Virus record (IMG/VR): IMGVR_UViG_3300048839_001709
Span: 3,604 to 67,603 of that record
From: a virus
Reading direction: 5' to 3' (one strand)
Length of the DNA: 64,000 nt
Shown: piece by piece, positions 28,753 to 38,791 of the stretch
Numbering within the stretch: position 1 is the first letter of the stretch
Layout of the letters: each line of letters starts with the position of its first letter
Program-made: the position numbers and the translations under genes
Notes under the pieces: model-generated
Told to the model about the DNA's origin: nothing
The model's database searches: none
What the model saw: the letters and a program-made list of their open reading frames with translations, nothing else

Positions 28753-29884
28753 CGCGGACAACCATAGCCTTTTGAAGGCGTTGCGGCACATCATCGAAAC
28801 AGCCCCGATGGATCTGCGCAAACATTTCAAACTGCAGGTGACCGGCAAAGTGACCGTGGTGGACGAGGATCTGTTCACGGTCGACGTGGAAGTGGAAGAT
28901 ACGCCGGAAGAGGGGCAAGAACCGGGCAATCCGTGGATTCTGCCCGCCGTTCCCGTAAATTCTCTGGCCGCAGGCGACGGCTACGGAATTTACGTTGTGC
29001 CGGAAATCGGCGCGGAAGTGACGGTCGGCTTCAAAGACGGGGACCTGACCGCTCCGAGAATCGACGGAGCCGAGTTCCTGAAAAACAGAACCCCGATCGG
29101 CGGGCGCGTCGGTTCGATCACGATGGTCGATTACGCCGGTCAACGGTTCACGATGCGGCCCGATACCGGCCAAGTGGTTTTTCAGTCCTACAACATGGAC
29201 GACGAATGCGCCGGCGCCCGTAGCGAACGGACCAAGGGCGACAAGGACGAAAATATCGACGGCGACAAATACGAAACGGTCGGCGGTTCGGTGTCGCGCA
29301 AGATCGAAATGAACCTTACCGAAACAATCCTGGGTGAATTGCACCGCTCTGCCGGCGACTACGAGGAACATTCCGACTACGAAGAGGAAATCGGCGGAAA
29401 GAAGAAATACTACCAGCACGGTCGCATTGTAAACGGCGCGGAACGGATCAAGGTTGCCGGTCGGCAAGATATACGCATCGGCGGCGATCGCAACAAGCAG
29501 GTGCTCGGCGACGATCTGGAAACCGTAGCGAAAAACAAACAGGTGGCCGTGATCGGCCGTCTGCGTATGATCGCGGCGGGGCTGGACTTGTCGGGAAGCC
29601 TTCCCATTCCGATCAGCGCCGAAATCGGCGGGCCTGGCATTTGCTGTTTCGGCGGGCCGTATGTTCTTGGCGCTGCGGTGCCGATGATCGACGGCGCAAA
29701 AATGGTAATAGCTTTTCAAACCTTTCAGGCCGTGATGTCCGCGTTTTTAATCGACGGAATCGGTAAAGACGGCGAAGGGAAAACCGTCATGCCGTCTGCT
29801 TCCTTTGTCGCCGCTTTCACCGCTTTAGCACAATCGATGGCGCTAACCGTTCATCCACGAATCTTTTTATCGAGCCCGGTGTAG
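28745..29884 (+). CDS. Baseplate spike (gpV/Gp5-like)
   Basis: PEIGAEVTVGFKDGDLTAPRI OB-fold; 8-aa beta-helix repeats. Confidence 0.85.
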   Translation: MSSADNHSLLKALRHIIETAPMDLRKHFKLQVTGKVTVVDEDLFTVDVEVEDTPEEGQEPGNPWILPAVPVNSLAAGDGYGIYVVPEIGAEVTVGFKDGDLTAPRIDGAEFLKNRTPIGGRVGSITMVDYAGQRFTMRPDTGQVVFQSYNMDDECAGARSERTKGDKDENIDGDKYETVGGSVSRKIEMNLTETILGELHRSAGDYEEHSDYEEEIGGKKKYYQHGRIVNGAERIKVAGRQDIRIGGDRNKQVLGDDLETVAKNKQVAVIGRLRMIAAGLDLSGSLPIPISAEIGGPGICCFGGPYVLGAAVPMIDGAKMVIAFQTFQAVMSAFLIDGIGKDGEGKTVMPSASFVAAFTALAQSMALTVHPRIFLSSPV

Positions 29885-29886
29885 CC

Positions 29887-30060
29887 ATGTGGAAAAAACC
29901 GAACGTGGAAAAACTGACTCGCCCGTATCGACAAATGGCCGAAGTGTTGCACGGCCAAGCGAAAATGCGGCGGAAGGACAACGAATTGCGGATCAAAGCA
30001 CTGGCCGAGGCATTGACCGGCGTTCCGCTCGAAACCGAACCGAAGAAAGAAGACGAGTAG
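29887..30060 (+). CDS. Small hypothetical protein (57 aa, not in the ORF track)
   Basis: Fills the gap between spike and next gene exactly. Confidence 0.5.
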   Translation: MWKKPNVEKLTRPYRQMAEVLHGQAKMRRKDNELRIKALAEALTGVPLETEPKKEDE

Positions 30061-30061
30061 C

Positions 30062-31273
30062 ATGGGTTGGCAAGAATTCAACGCGCAGACTCTTTTCCCC
30101 GGACCGACCAAGGAAATCTTGCGGGCCACCGGGGAAGTGGCCGATACCGTCGCCGAAAGCGCGGAAACGGCAGCCGGCGCGATCGATACCATTGCATCTT
30201 TGCTTGTCGATATTTCCGATCCTGCCCGGGCAATCGTGGAAGCGCTGATCCAGCAGTTGAAAAATTTGCTGACCGATACGATGAACACCGGTTTGTATAT
30301 GTATTGGGACACGGCCGGTTTTCCGTTCTACAAACTGCGTTCGTTCGATAAGGACGAATTTGCCAAAGCCATGAACGGCGATAGTTCCGCCGAATTGCCG
30401 TTGTCCGCGGCGACCCCCATTGGTTGGACAGGATGGAAATCGCGCTGGCAGCAGAGTTTCGACGATCAGGGCGACGACAGACGCCCGATCTTTTCCGGCG
30501 ATGCCCAAGTATCCGCCATGATATTCATTGCCGGTACGCCCAGCCTGGACGCATTGCCGGCGCTTCTGGCGGCTCTCGGCAGACTTTTCGGAATCAAGGC
30601 TTTCACCGATCTGCTGGACATGCTGGCGATTACCCAATTGGCCGAGGATGCAAAGGCCGGCGAGCGAGAAATTATCGTAAAAAATGCAAACGGATTTGTG
30701 GAAGACAAATTCGTGATCATCGGGGCGTTGAGCGGGGTGACATTGGATTTCGCCTCGTCTCGGCAAATCGACTACCAGACCCGCGTTTTCACATTGTACG
30801 ACGACTTGAAAAAGGATTGGCCCGCAGGAACGCCGGTGATCATGGCCGGCAGCGACCCGCAAAGCCGTGGTGGAAACAAGCGGGCTCCGGATTGGCATAG
30901 CTGTAAGCTCAAAGACCTGGATGTGATGAAAAAAGTTGATAAGCTGGTCAAAAAAATCATCGGCCTGCTGGAAATGGCGTCCGGTCTGATCGGATTACTG
31001 CAGGAACTGGCGGATGCACTGGCAGAAAAAGCCGATCAACTGCGCGATCTGGCCCAAGAGATCGAAGATGCGATCGAATTGATCGAACTGATTATTGCGC
31101 TAACCGGAGTTTATTGCGTGAAAATCGATTCGACTACCGGAATCGGCGGATTGTTCGATGCACTCGAAGCGCAAGGGCAGCCGCCTTTGCCCGCAGGTAG
31201 TTACATCGTCGGTGTTTGCCTGCTTGCCGGAACCAACGAACTGCTTCCGATTACCGAATTGTTTGGGGCGTGA
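30062..31273 (+). CDS. Hypothetical baseplate-region protein
   Basis: 403-aa ORF within tail operon. Confidence 0.75.
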   Translation: MGWQEFNAQTLFPGPTKEILRATGEVADTVAESAETAAGAIDTIASLLVDISDPARAIVEALIQQLKNLLTDTMNTGLYMYWDTAGFPFYKLRSFDKDEFAKAMNGDSSAELPLSAATPIGWTGWKSRWQQSFDDQGDDRRPIFSGDAQVSAMIFIAGTPSLDALPALLAALGRLFGIKAFTDLLDMLAITQLAEDAKAGEREIIVKNANGFVEDKFVIIGALSGVTLDFASSRQIDYQTRVFTLYDDLKKDWPAGTPVIMAGSDPQSRGGNKRAPDWHSCKLKDLDVMKKVDKLVKKIIGLLEMASGLIGLLQELADALAEKADQLRDLAQEIEDAIELIELIIALTGVYCVKIDSTTGIGGLFDALEAQGQPPLPAGSYIVGVCLLAGTNELLPITELFGA

Positions 31274-31409
31274 CAAAACCAGCCACAACCGAAGCACCAT
31301 TTATTTCCAATTTGGAAAGCTACACTATCGTCACGGTGCGATCTCCGAATGAGACACCCATTCACAAACCGGATACCAGAAAAAGCGATTACAGGGCATT
31401 TATCGAGTT

Positions 31410-31427
31410 TTCTGAATTTGCGGACCA
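31410..31427 (+). promoter_or_regulatory. Putative late-promoter motif copy 6 (TTCTGAATTTGCGGACCA), upstream of baseplate J
   Basis: Matches 18-bp consensus. Confidence 0.7.
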
Positions 31428-31487
31428 CTCCCATTTTCCGGCACTACCGCTATAGCATCCAGACTAAATGATTCGCGAGGTGCGCCG

Positions 31488-32651
31488 ATGCCGATCAAAA
31501 GTGCGGAAGAAATCAAAGAAAGCCTGGCCGTTGGATTCGTCAACGCCGGCGTGACCAATTTCAACGATGGATCCGTGGCGGATGAAATTGTCGATAACCA
31601 GGGCGATGTCGTTTCGGCAATCTATGACTTCGGTATCGACGTGCAAACCAACGGCTATGCGGCCACGGCAACCGGAGCATTCCTGGAAGCGATCTGCGCC
31701 GAGCGCGGGTTGTCGCGCCTTCCCGGAGCCAAGGCCCGCCGCAAGGTCGTTCTTTCCCGCAATAAAACTTCGAGCACGGTTTTTATTCCCGAAGGTACGA
31801 TCATCCAGAGCCGCCAGGATTCCGATGGCAGCCGCTATCGGTTTTTGGCAATCCAGGATTACACCCTCGCGGTGGGCGAATCGGAAATCGAGATCGTCGT
31901 CGAGGCCGAGGCCGAGGGCGAGGCATACAACCTGCCTGCCGGAACGGTGGACCAGCAAGGGACGCTGCTTTCCGGCATCGACGAAATCGACGACACCAGC
32001 CTGAGCCAGGCGGAACGAATCGTTTCCGAAGGCGCGGACGAAGAAAGCGACACCCGCCTGCGTCGGCGCTATTTCCTGGCCTGGGACGAACAAACGACCG
32101 GCTCCACCGCTGCGGCGTATCTTTCCTGGGTGATGGCCGATATTCGCGTGGCGCAATCCTGGATCGATTTCAATGGTCCGCGCGGCGAGGGCACGATTAC
32201 CATTTACGTTCTGAGCACGGTCGGCGCTCCGTCCAAGGAACTGTTGACCGATCTGCGCGAGGAAATTATCGGCACCCCAGCCGAGGATTACCAGGACGGA
32301 AAACGGGCAGCGGGCGACGATGTTTGGATCCAGGGACCGTCCGAGGAAACCGTGGATATCACCGCCACGGTTCAATACTACTCGTCCTACGATCGTGACG
32401 ACCTGGACGATGAAATCCGCGCGGTTTTGGCCGCGTATTTCAACCCCAGCGGATCCGAAATGTATTCCTGGTTGCGGCCTCTTGGCGTGGGCAAGCAGGT
32501 AGTGCTCGCCCAACTGATCGAGTGCATTACCCGGCCAGATGCCGTTTACGATGTTTCCATTTCCGCGCCGACCGCGAATGTCGCCATGAATGCCGACCAA
32601 CTTCCGATTCTCGGCACGGTGACGATTACCTACGTGGAGGTGACGGCGTGA
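31488..32651 (+). CDS. Baseplate J/gp47 wedge protein
   Basis: ATATGAFL, GADEESDTRLRRR, PRGEGTITIYV. Confidence 0.92.
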   Translation: MPIKSAEEIKESLAVGFVNAGVTNFNDGSVADEIVDNQGDVVSAIYDFGIDVQTNGYAATATGAFLEAICAERGLSRLPGAKARRKVVLSRNKTSSTVFIPEGTIIQSRQDSDGSRYRFLAIQDYTLAVGESEIEIVVEAEAEGEAYNLPAGTVDQQGTLLSGIDEIDDTSLSQAERIVSEGADEESDTRLRRRYFLAWDEQTTGSTAAAYLSWVMADIRVAQSWIDFNGPRGEGTITIYVLSTVGAPSKELLTDLREEIIGTPAEDYQDGKRAAGDDVWIQGPSEETVDITATVQYYSSYDRDDLDDEIRAVLAAYFNPSGSEMYSWLRPLGVGKQVVLAQLIECITRPDAVYDVSISAPTANVAMNADQLPILGTVTITYVEVTA

Positions 32652-34324
32652 GTGTGACCATTGCCGAAACGTTCGCCGATTCCACCTCGTGGGAAAATCA
32701 CTTTACCGTGATCGGTGATTTTTACACCGGCGATGCCGTGGAAGTGGTCGACGAAAAGCTGCGGTTGACGATGGTGGAGGGCGCTTCCGGACGCTCCATG
32801 CGGGCCTTGTTCAATATGCCGCTGAAAATCGTGCATAGTTTCGAGGTCACCATTTCGGCGGTCGACTTCGGCGTCGGTTCGTACCAGGACAAAATCGCCT
32901 GCATCATGATCGGAGACGGTCGAATACCGATCGCCAGATCTCATATGTTCGGTATTTGGAGCGAAGCCAATATCCTTTCGTCGATCGATGTAATCGACGG
33001 CGGTTTATCCAGCGAAACATTCGGTTCCGTTTCCTTGCCGCTGACTTTGCGAATGGAAAAATACGGCAGCGATGTTCGCTTTTTCACCGTGAACGGCGAA
33101 ACAATTACGGAAATCGTTCATCTTACCGATTTTCCCGACGACAGCCCCGCATATATTTCACTGTCAACCTACTGTCAGGCCGGCAAATCGCTGTGGGCCG
33201 AGTTCGACGATTTCGAGATCGAATTCGAATCGATCATGGGAAACGTGCTGTGGTCGATCATGCCCGCCTGGTTCAAGAGATACCCGCTGAAAATCGCAAC
33301 CAACGGCGATCTGGCGTTGACGCCCAACGGTGTGACCTGCCTGATGCAGGACATTGCCGATGCGCTGGACGTGGGCGGTCTGAGCGCGTTTTTTGGCAAG
33401 CCGTTCACGTCCTCGGAAGAGGATCGGCTGAAACGGCAGATCAGATCCATTTTATCCGGGGCAGGGCTTTCCCCGCGGCTGGTTCCCAACAAAACCACCG
33501 TGGCGATCGCCGAAACGAACGACGACGGCAGTTTTACCAGCAACATCGGGGTGACCGCACAAGACGGCAATGAATTGCTCCCGCTCAATTTGGTTTACGA
33601 ATACGGCATCGACGGCGTGACCGATCTATTTGCCGATCCCCCCGCTCCGGTGGCCACCATAACGGCAGTTGGTCCGGACGGCTATTCCTACCCGGCTTTC
33701 GGCCGCGATTTGTACCTGGACCGCGACAACCCGCTGGAAGACGACGATTTTACGAAGCTCCCGCAGTGGCACATTTTCGAAGCCTTTGGCGTGGAACTGG
33801 ACCGGGCCATGCTTTTCCTGGTGGAAACCCGCGACGATTTCAGCATTTCCCGCGCAGGCGAGGACGGATTGAACCGGATGTTTGCCGAGCGGGAACCGAT
33901 ATTGCCGGTATCGTCCGAAATGAACGACCGCGAATTGCTCCGGTGGGCTTTGAATCAAGAGTGGGATGCGAAGCATGCGGATGGAACATTGGCCGGTCTG
34001 GTCGATATCTGCGAACGCATGGGGTTTACGGTAACCATCGTCGAGGGCTGGCGCACCGATTTTTATTCGGTCATGGCTTCGCACGGCATTATCTTGACCG
34101 ACCTCGGCGTGGACCGCCTGCGCTGGGCTGAAATTCATTTGATCCTGGAACCGGCAGATGGAACAGTCGATCGAACCTTCCAGGAATTCTATCAGAAAAT
34201 TCTGCGCCGCCAGCGGGCAGGCCGAAGAATCTGTTTTCACCTTCCCAGCTACCTGCTGGCCTGGGGAGATATGACATTTCGGCGGGGGAATCCGTTCTGG
34301 TTTACCTGCTTCCGCGACGTGTAA
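32648..34324 (+). CDS. Multi-domain baseplate wedge protein (gpI-like C-terminus)
   Basis: Follows baseplate J; GTLAGL...GFTVTIVEGW. Confidence 0.65.
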   Translation: MSVTIAETFADSTSWENHFTVIGDFYTGDAVEVVDEKLRLTMVEGASGRSMRALFNMPLKIVHSFEVTISAVDFGVGSYQDKIACIMIGDGRIPIARSHMFGIWSEANILSSIDVIDGGLSSETFGSVSLPLTLRMEKYGSDVRFFTVNGETITEIVHLTDFPDDSPAYISLSTYCQAGKSLWAEFDDFEIEFESIMGNVLWSIMPAWFKRYPLKIATNGDLALTPNGVTCLMQDIADALDVGGLSAFFGKPFTSSEEDRLKRQIRSILSGAGLSPRLVPNKTTVAIAETNDDGSFTSNIGVTAQDGNELLPLNLVYEYGIDGVTDLFADPPAPVATITAVGPDGYSYPAFGRDLYLDRDNPLEDDDFTKLPQWHIFEAFGVELDRAMLFLVETRDDFSISRAGEDGLNRMFAEREPILPVSSEMNDRELLRWALNQEWDAKHADGTLAGLVDICERMGFTVTIVEGWRTDFYSVMASHGIILTDLGVDRLRWAEIHLILEPADGTVDRTFQEFYQKILRRQRAGRRICFHLPSYLLAWGDMTFRRGNPFWFTCFRDV

Positions 34325-34339
34325 AAGGAGCGAATCGTC

Positions 34340-36457
34340 ATGACGCAAAAAGTATTGTGCCACATGGGTATGGAGCAAATGCCGGATAGCTGGAATCTGC
34401 ATCTGGCCGGTTTCATTCAATCGGGAATTCTGTTCGGCATGCGCTGCATTGCCGGAACCGAACCGGACGGCGTGACCATCCAGGCCGGTGCGTGGTTCAC
34501 CGATCGCGGCGACAAGATCGAGGAAGACGCAGACCTGGCAAACTATTTCAGCGCGTTGAACGGGCGCCCGCTGACTGCGAACGCCACTGCCAGCCCGCGC
34601 TACGACCTGATCGTCGGCGATTACTTCTACGCCGACAGTCCGAGCAAGCAGGCCACGTACCAAATCGTGCTTGGCACCCCCGGCGCGGGAGAACCGCCCG
34701 CGTGGGCGAATGACCAATTCCCGCTGGCGATCGCGGTAATGGCCGCGGGCGCGTCGATGTACTCCGAATTCATCCCGTACCCGAGCGAGCGGCGGTACAA
34801 CTGCTACCTGGACCTCGGCTTGGAATATGTCCGCTACGGCGATCAGGCGGCGATCAAGTTGATGATGGTTCATGAAGACTGTCCGGTACTGGACCTGGTG
34901 GAAGGAATCTACGTCCGATTCGTGGCGGCAGGAACGCTGGCCGATGGAGCGCTGATCACCGCATGGCTCGATCCGTTCACGCTGACCCCGGACGGCGAGC
35001 TAAACATTCAGCAATGGATCGATGAAATTATCGCGGCTCGCGGAAACAAGAGCACGTTGAACGATCGGCTTTCCGTCACGTTGGACGACAACGGCTACCC
35101 GAAGGCGGTGGGCGTGATCGGCACGATTCAGGCCGAGGTGGTCAAGGCGCGCGGCAATTGCGCCGATCTGGATACGCGGTTGGACAACTGCATGACCCAG
35201 TATGGCTACATTTCGCACCACATGCTGGCCGGAATGTACGGCGATATCGGATCTCCTGGCGCTCCCTTTTATTTCACCGACAAACGCGCAACCAACTCCG
35301 ATCACGATGCCCGGTACTACCCGCGAACCGAGATCGACACGAGCATTGCGGCCATGCTGTATGCGATTCACGGCAACGGCGTTCTGGATAGTTTGGCTTA
35401 TCTTTCCAGCACGGTCATCAGCGGCGGCGGCGGAACCCTGCGGCAGTTCACGTTTTCTTCTGGATCGGTGCTGGTCGGCGGTGTGGTAGTTGCGGTGAAC
35501 TCGCCGAGCTTCACCATCGACACCGGCTACACCGGTACGCTGTTCGTGAGCGTGGATTCAACCGGCGCGGTGGTGGCGCAGGAATCGGATTTTGCGACCG
35601 GTACCGCTTCCATTCGAATCATCAAGCTAACTGCCGGATCGATCGATGTGAACGTCGATGCCCGTAAGCTGATTGCCTGGCCGGATCGGTTGACCCGGAA
35701 TTTCATCGCCTCGGCGACGAAGGACCGCCTCGGCCTCACCACGCCCGAGCGATTCGGCGGCTGCTCGTTCACCTGGATCGACAAGCTGGCCATTGCCGAA
35801 GTGACGGATGTGGATGGGTCCGGTCTTTCTGTAGAAATAAATGCTTCAGGAAGCACTGAAAATCCGTTTACCGAGGGAATGAATGTTATTTTCCATGACA
35901 GCGACGATGCCTTCTTTTTCCGCACGGTTGCAAACGCTGTTGGAAATGAAGTCGAATTTACTACCGGTGGCTTGACGGCAGGCAAAACCGGCGTTCTTTT
36001 CGAGTATCGCGTGATTGAGGACGGCTTCGATTTCCGTGACCGCGAAATCGCCATTGTCGGTTCGGTCAAGGAATTGTACGCCGATTCCATCGTTCCGATT
36101 CTTCCCGGCGAAACCTATGCCTACACTTCCTGGTGCGGCATCGGCATGATCGGCGGCGTATTGAACAACCTCGGGGCGGGCAATCCCGTTGTCGGGCGGG
36201 CCTATACTTCGAACGGAATTGCATTCACCCAAGCCGGATGGCCTGCCATCGTGACCAATCCGGGTGGCGCGGCCATGCTTTGCATGTATCCTGGTAGCGA
36301 AACCGTGAATCAGGGTTGGCGCATTTTCGTGCGGGCCAGCGACGGTGCCCTGATCGCCTGCTACTCCGATGCGTATTGGACCGGCGCGAAAGGAGCTTTC
36401 GTCAGCTTCTTTGTCAATTTCTCGTGCAGTCCGCGACTGCAACAGGTCGCGCCCTAG
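34340..36457 (+). CDS. Tail fibre protein
   Basis: PRYDLIV N-terminus; EIIAARG..LNDRL and EVVKARG..LDTRL repeats; HDARYY. Confidence 0.75.
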   Translation: MTQKVLCHMGMEQMPDSWNLHLAGFIQSGILFGMRCIAGTEPDGVTIQAGAWFTDRGDKIEEDADLANYFSALNGRPLTANATASPRYDLIVGDYFYADSPSKQATYQIVLGTPGAGEPPAWANDQFPLAIAVMAAGASMYSEFIPYPSERRYNCYLDLGLEYVRYGDQAAIKLMMVHEDCPVLDLVEGIYVRFVAAGTLADGALITAWLDPFTLTPDGELNIQQWIDEIIAARGNKSTLNDRLSVTLDDNGYPKAVGVIGTIQAEVVKARGNCADLDTRLDNCMTQYGYISHHMLAGMYGDIGSPGAPFYFTDKRATNSDHDARYYPRTEIDTSIAAMLYAIHGNGVLDSLAYLSSTVISGGGGTLRQFTFSSGSVLVGGVVVAVNSPSFTIDTGYTGTLFVSVDSTGAVVAQESDFATGTASIRIIKLTAGSIDVNVDARKLIAWPDRLTRNFIASATKDRLGLTTPERFGGCSFTWIDKLAIAEVTDVDGSGLSVEINASGSTENPFTEGMNVIFHDSDDAFFFRTVANAVGNEVEFTTGGLTAGKTGVLFEYRVIEDGFDFRDREIAIVGSVKELYADSIVPILPGETYAYTSWCGIGMIGGVLNNLGAGNPVVGRAYTSNGIAFTQAGWPAIVTNPGGAAMLCMYPGSETVNQGWRIFVRASDGALIACYSDAYWTGAKGAFVSFFVNFSCSPRLQQVAP

Positions 36458-37323
36458 CGGGCGCAACGGAAGCCTTCAGCTTGTAAATTGACACTACCTG
36501 ATAATCTGACTGAGACGCGCAGGTTATCAAAATTGCTAACATGATTTCCACCACGCATAACCCGCTCGCTTCCCGCTCCCGGTCCGGGCGGGTTCGTATT
36601 TGGAGAAATGGAATAGTAGTCGGCAAGGTAGTAATCGGCAACCCATTCCCTAACATTGCCACTCATATCGTACAAGCCAAGCACATTCGGCTTTTTCTGC
36701 TTTGCCTTTTGAACGCGCCCGAAAGCGTTGTCCCAATACCATGCCACCTTATCCAGGCATTCGTAGTCGTCACCGCAGATGTAGATCCGGTTTTCGTATC
36801 CGCCCCGGGCCGCGAATTCCCATTCGGCTTCGGTCGGAAGTCTTCCGTCTACGGCTTCGCAAAAGGCTTTGGCTTGCGCCCAAGTGACGTTGAACACCGG
36901 AAAATCGTCGCCAATTTCTTCCTCTTCATAGTACCCGGACAGCGAGGCATTCTCGCCAATGACGGCCTCATATTGGCCCTGTGTGATTTCGGTGGTGGTC
37001 ATCTCGAAGGCGTCGATCGATACTTCGTGCTGTGGCGATTCGTCGAAGGCGCATTGCAAATCGTCGGGAACGCAACCCATGAGGAAGGTATCGGCGGGAA
37101 CATAGACCCAGGATGGTTCCGCCGCGTCGTCGTCATCGTCTCCCGAGGTATCGTCGTCGTCTTCATTATCGTCATCATCGGCCTGATCGTCGTCTACCTG
37201 GCTATCGTCGTCATCGTCATCGCCGCTATTTCCGCCGTCCGAGCAAGCGAAGGCCATTAAAAAAACGATAATCATGAGTAGGGAAATCGCGCCGATCAGA
37301 ATGTTTTGTCCGATCCGTTTCAT
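36454..37323 (-). CDS. Lipoprotein with FGE-sulfatase (SUMF1/C-type lectin fold) domain
   Basis: Lipobox AFAC, Asp-rich linker, RLPTEAEWEFAARG, YDMSGNVREW, GFRCAR. Confidence 0.9.
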   Translation of the reverse strand: MKRIGQNILIGAISLLMIIVFLMAFACSDGGNSGDDDDDDSQVDDDQADDDDNEDDDDTSGDDDDDAAEPSWVYVPADTFLMGCVPDDLQCAFDESPQHEVSIDAFEMTTTEITQGQYEAVIGENASLSGYYEEEEIGDDFPVFNVTWAQAKAFCEAVDGRLPTEAEWEFAARGGYENRIYICGDDYECLDKVAWYWDNAFGRVQKAKQKKPNVLGLYDMSGNVREWVADYYLADYYSISPNTNPPGPGAGSERVMRGGNHVSNFDNLRVSVRLSGSVNLQAEGFRCAR

Positions 37324-37441
37324 TTTCGTCGTCCTCCAAAAAAATGTCTCGAATAGTCAACTGCCGATTGAAACCATAGCAAAACCCAACAAACCGATCA
37401 AGTCGCTCATGTTTGTTTGATAATACGACGATACCATTATT

Positions 37442-37487
37442 GACGATCATGGATGATGTATGATGATTGTCGATGATACCCGACGAT
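37442..37487. repeat. Five GAYGAT hexamers at exact 10-bp period
   Basis: Copies start at 37442, 37452, 37462, 37472, 37482. Confidence 0.7.
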
Positions 37488-37564
37488 AGAGGCTGTGGTT
37501 GCTAAGGGTTGACTGTTTGATTTGTTATATCTATTCTTTCTTTGGAAGAAGGGGGAACCGCGCG

Positions 37565-37963
37565 ATGAAATTGAGAGGCACCAGTGGAGGCGTTCTCCAC
37601 GAAATTACCGATGAAAACGGCAATAAAATGATTATTGCCCATTTGCAGGGGATTCTTTACAAAGAAGATGACGTTTGGATCAGTAATTGTATTTCGCTGG
37701 ATGTTGCCACTTGCGGCGATACCCGCGAAGAGGCGATGAAAAATACCGTGGAAGCGGTAAATATGTGGTTTTCCTTCTGCCTGGAAGAGGGAACGCTGAG
37801 TGAGGCGTTGACCGAACTTGGTTGGAAGCAGAGCAAAAAAATACAAATTGAGATTCAGAAAAAAGACTCGGAAAACGAACAAACCATTTCCCCGGTTTTC
37901 AACTTCGACAGTGTTGAGGACAAGGATTGGTCCGGGCGTGTAGTTTTTCAAAACGCCGCATGA
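37565..37963 (+). CDS. hicB: HicB-family antitoxin
   Basis: VWISNCISLDVATCGDTREEAMKNTVEAV partial RNase H fold. Confidence 0.75.
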   Translation: MKLRGTSGGVLHEITDENGNKMIIAHLQGILYKEDDVWISNCISLDVATCGDTREEAMKNTVEAVNMWFSFCLEEGTLSEALTELGWKQSKKIQIEIQKKDSENEQTISPVFNFDSVEDKDWSGRVVFQNAA

Positions 37964-38256
37964 CAAAAATTCCAGAGCATGGCTCCGATGAAGCTGCCAG
38001 AGTAGCGGTTCTACTTGGTTGGAAGCTAGTTCCAAAAAGAGGAAAAGGTAGCCATAGTCTCTATAAAAAAGAAGGTTATCCGCGCCCGCTGATCATTCCC
38101 CACCGAGATTTCTTGAAGCCTGGCTTGATAAAATCGCTCATTCGAACAATGGGAATCACAAAAGAAAAATACATTAGCCTTCTTTCTCCGTCGCTTCAAA
38201 GACAAATGAAAAATAGGGAGAAGCGAAGCAGAAGAAAAATCCGCGATCAAAAATGA
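37960..38256 (+). CDS. hicA: HicA-family toxin
   Basis: LGW...GKGSH...LIIPH..LKPGLIKSLIR. Confidence 0.85.
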   Translation: MTKIPEHGSDEAARVAVLLGWKLVPKRGKGSHSLYKKEGYPRPLIIPHRDFLKPGLIKSLIRTMGITKEKYISLLSPSLQRQMKNREKRSRRKIRDQK

Positions 38257-38323
38257 CCAACCTGTTTTTTCATTCGATCGAATCGAGTTGAAAAAATGGA
38301 CGGCAAAAATCACTTTTCAATAA

Positions 38324-38341
38324 TTCAGAAACTGCGAACCA
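38324..38341 (+). promoter_or_regulatory. Putative late-promoter motif copy 7 (TTCAGAAACTGCGAACCA)
   Basis: Matches consensus; precedes holin-like gene and glycosylation operon. Confidence 0.7.
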
Positions 38342-38393
38342 CTCCCAAAACATAACCTGATCGTCCTATTTTCACCGGCATGGAGGACAACTT

Positions 38394-38789
38394 ATGCCGG
38401 ACATGATGAGTTGGGAGACTGTTGCAAAGCTGATCGTCCTTTTCGTTTCCGCGTTTGGCACAGTGACCGCCACGGTCTACACCCTGTGCAAAATCGTCTC
38501 GTGGTTCAAAAAAGCCAATGCTACCCGGATGGACGATTTTCTCGCCAGGCATTGCCCGAATCAGCACAAGCCGATTTTCGATGTGATCGAAAGAACCCAG
38601 GCTCGCATCGAAAAGACATCAGCCGATTTGAACGACCGCATGGACCGACTGCAGGAAAACTTCGGTCACGAACTAGGCGAGTTGAAAAACATCATTATCC
38701 AGAACAGTCCCAACGGGTCGATTAAAAAAATATTCGATCGGCTCGATGTAATCGAAGAAAAACTTCCGAAATCGAAAGCGCCGAAGTAA
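38394..38789 (+). CDS. Single-TM coiled-coil protein, possible holin
   Basis: N-terminal TM plus coiled coil; GGAGG RBS. Confidence 0.55.
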   Translation: MPDMMSWETVAKLIVLFVSAFGTVTATVYTLCKIVSWFKKANATRMDDFLARHCPNQHKPIFDVIERTQARIEKTSADLNDRMDRLQENFGHELGELKNIIIQNSPNGSIKKIFDRLDVIEEKLPKSKAPK

Positions 38790-38791
38790 AA

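Noticed and set aside
36454-36570. Complete diversity-generating retroelement
   Set aside because: No reverse transcriptase, Avd or template repeat seen in the window
37120-37225. GAC/GAT microsatellite
   Set aside because: Simply encodes the Asp-rich linker of the lipoprotein
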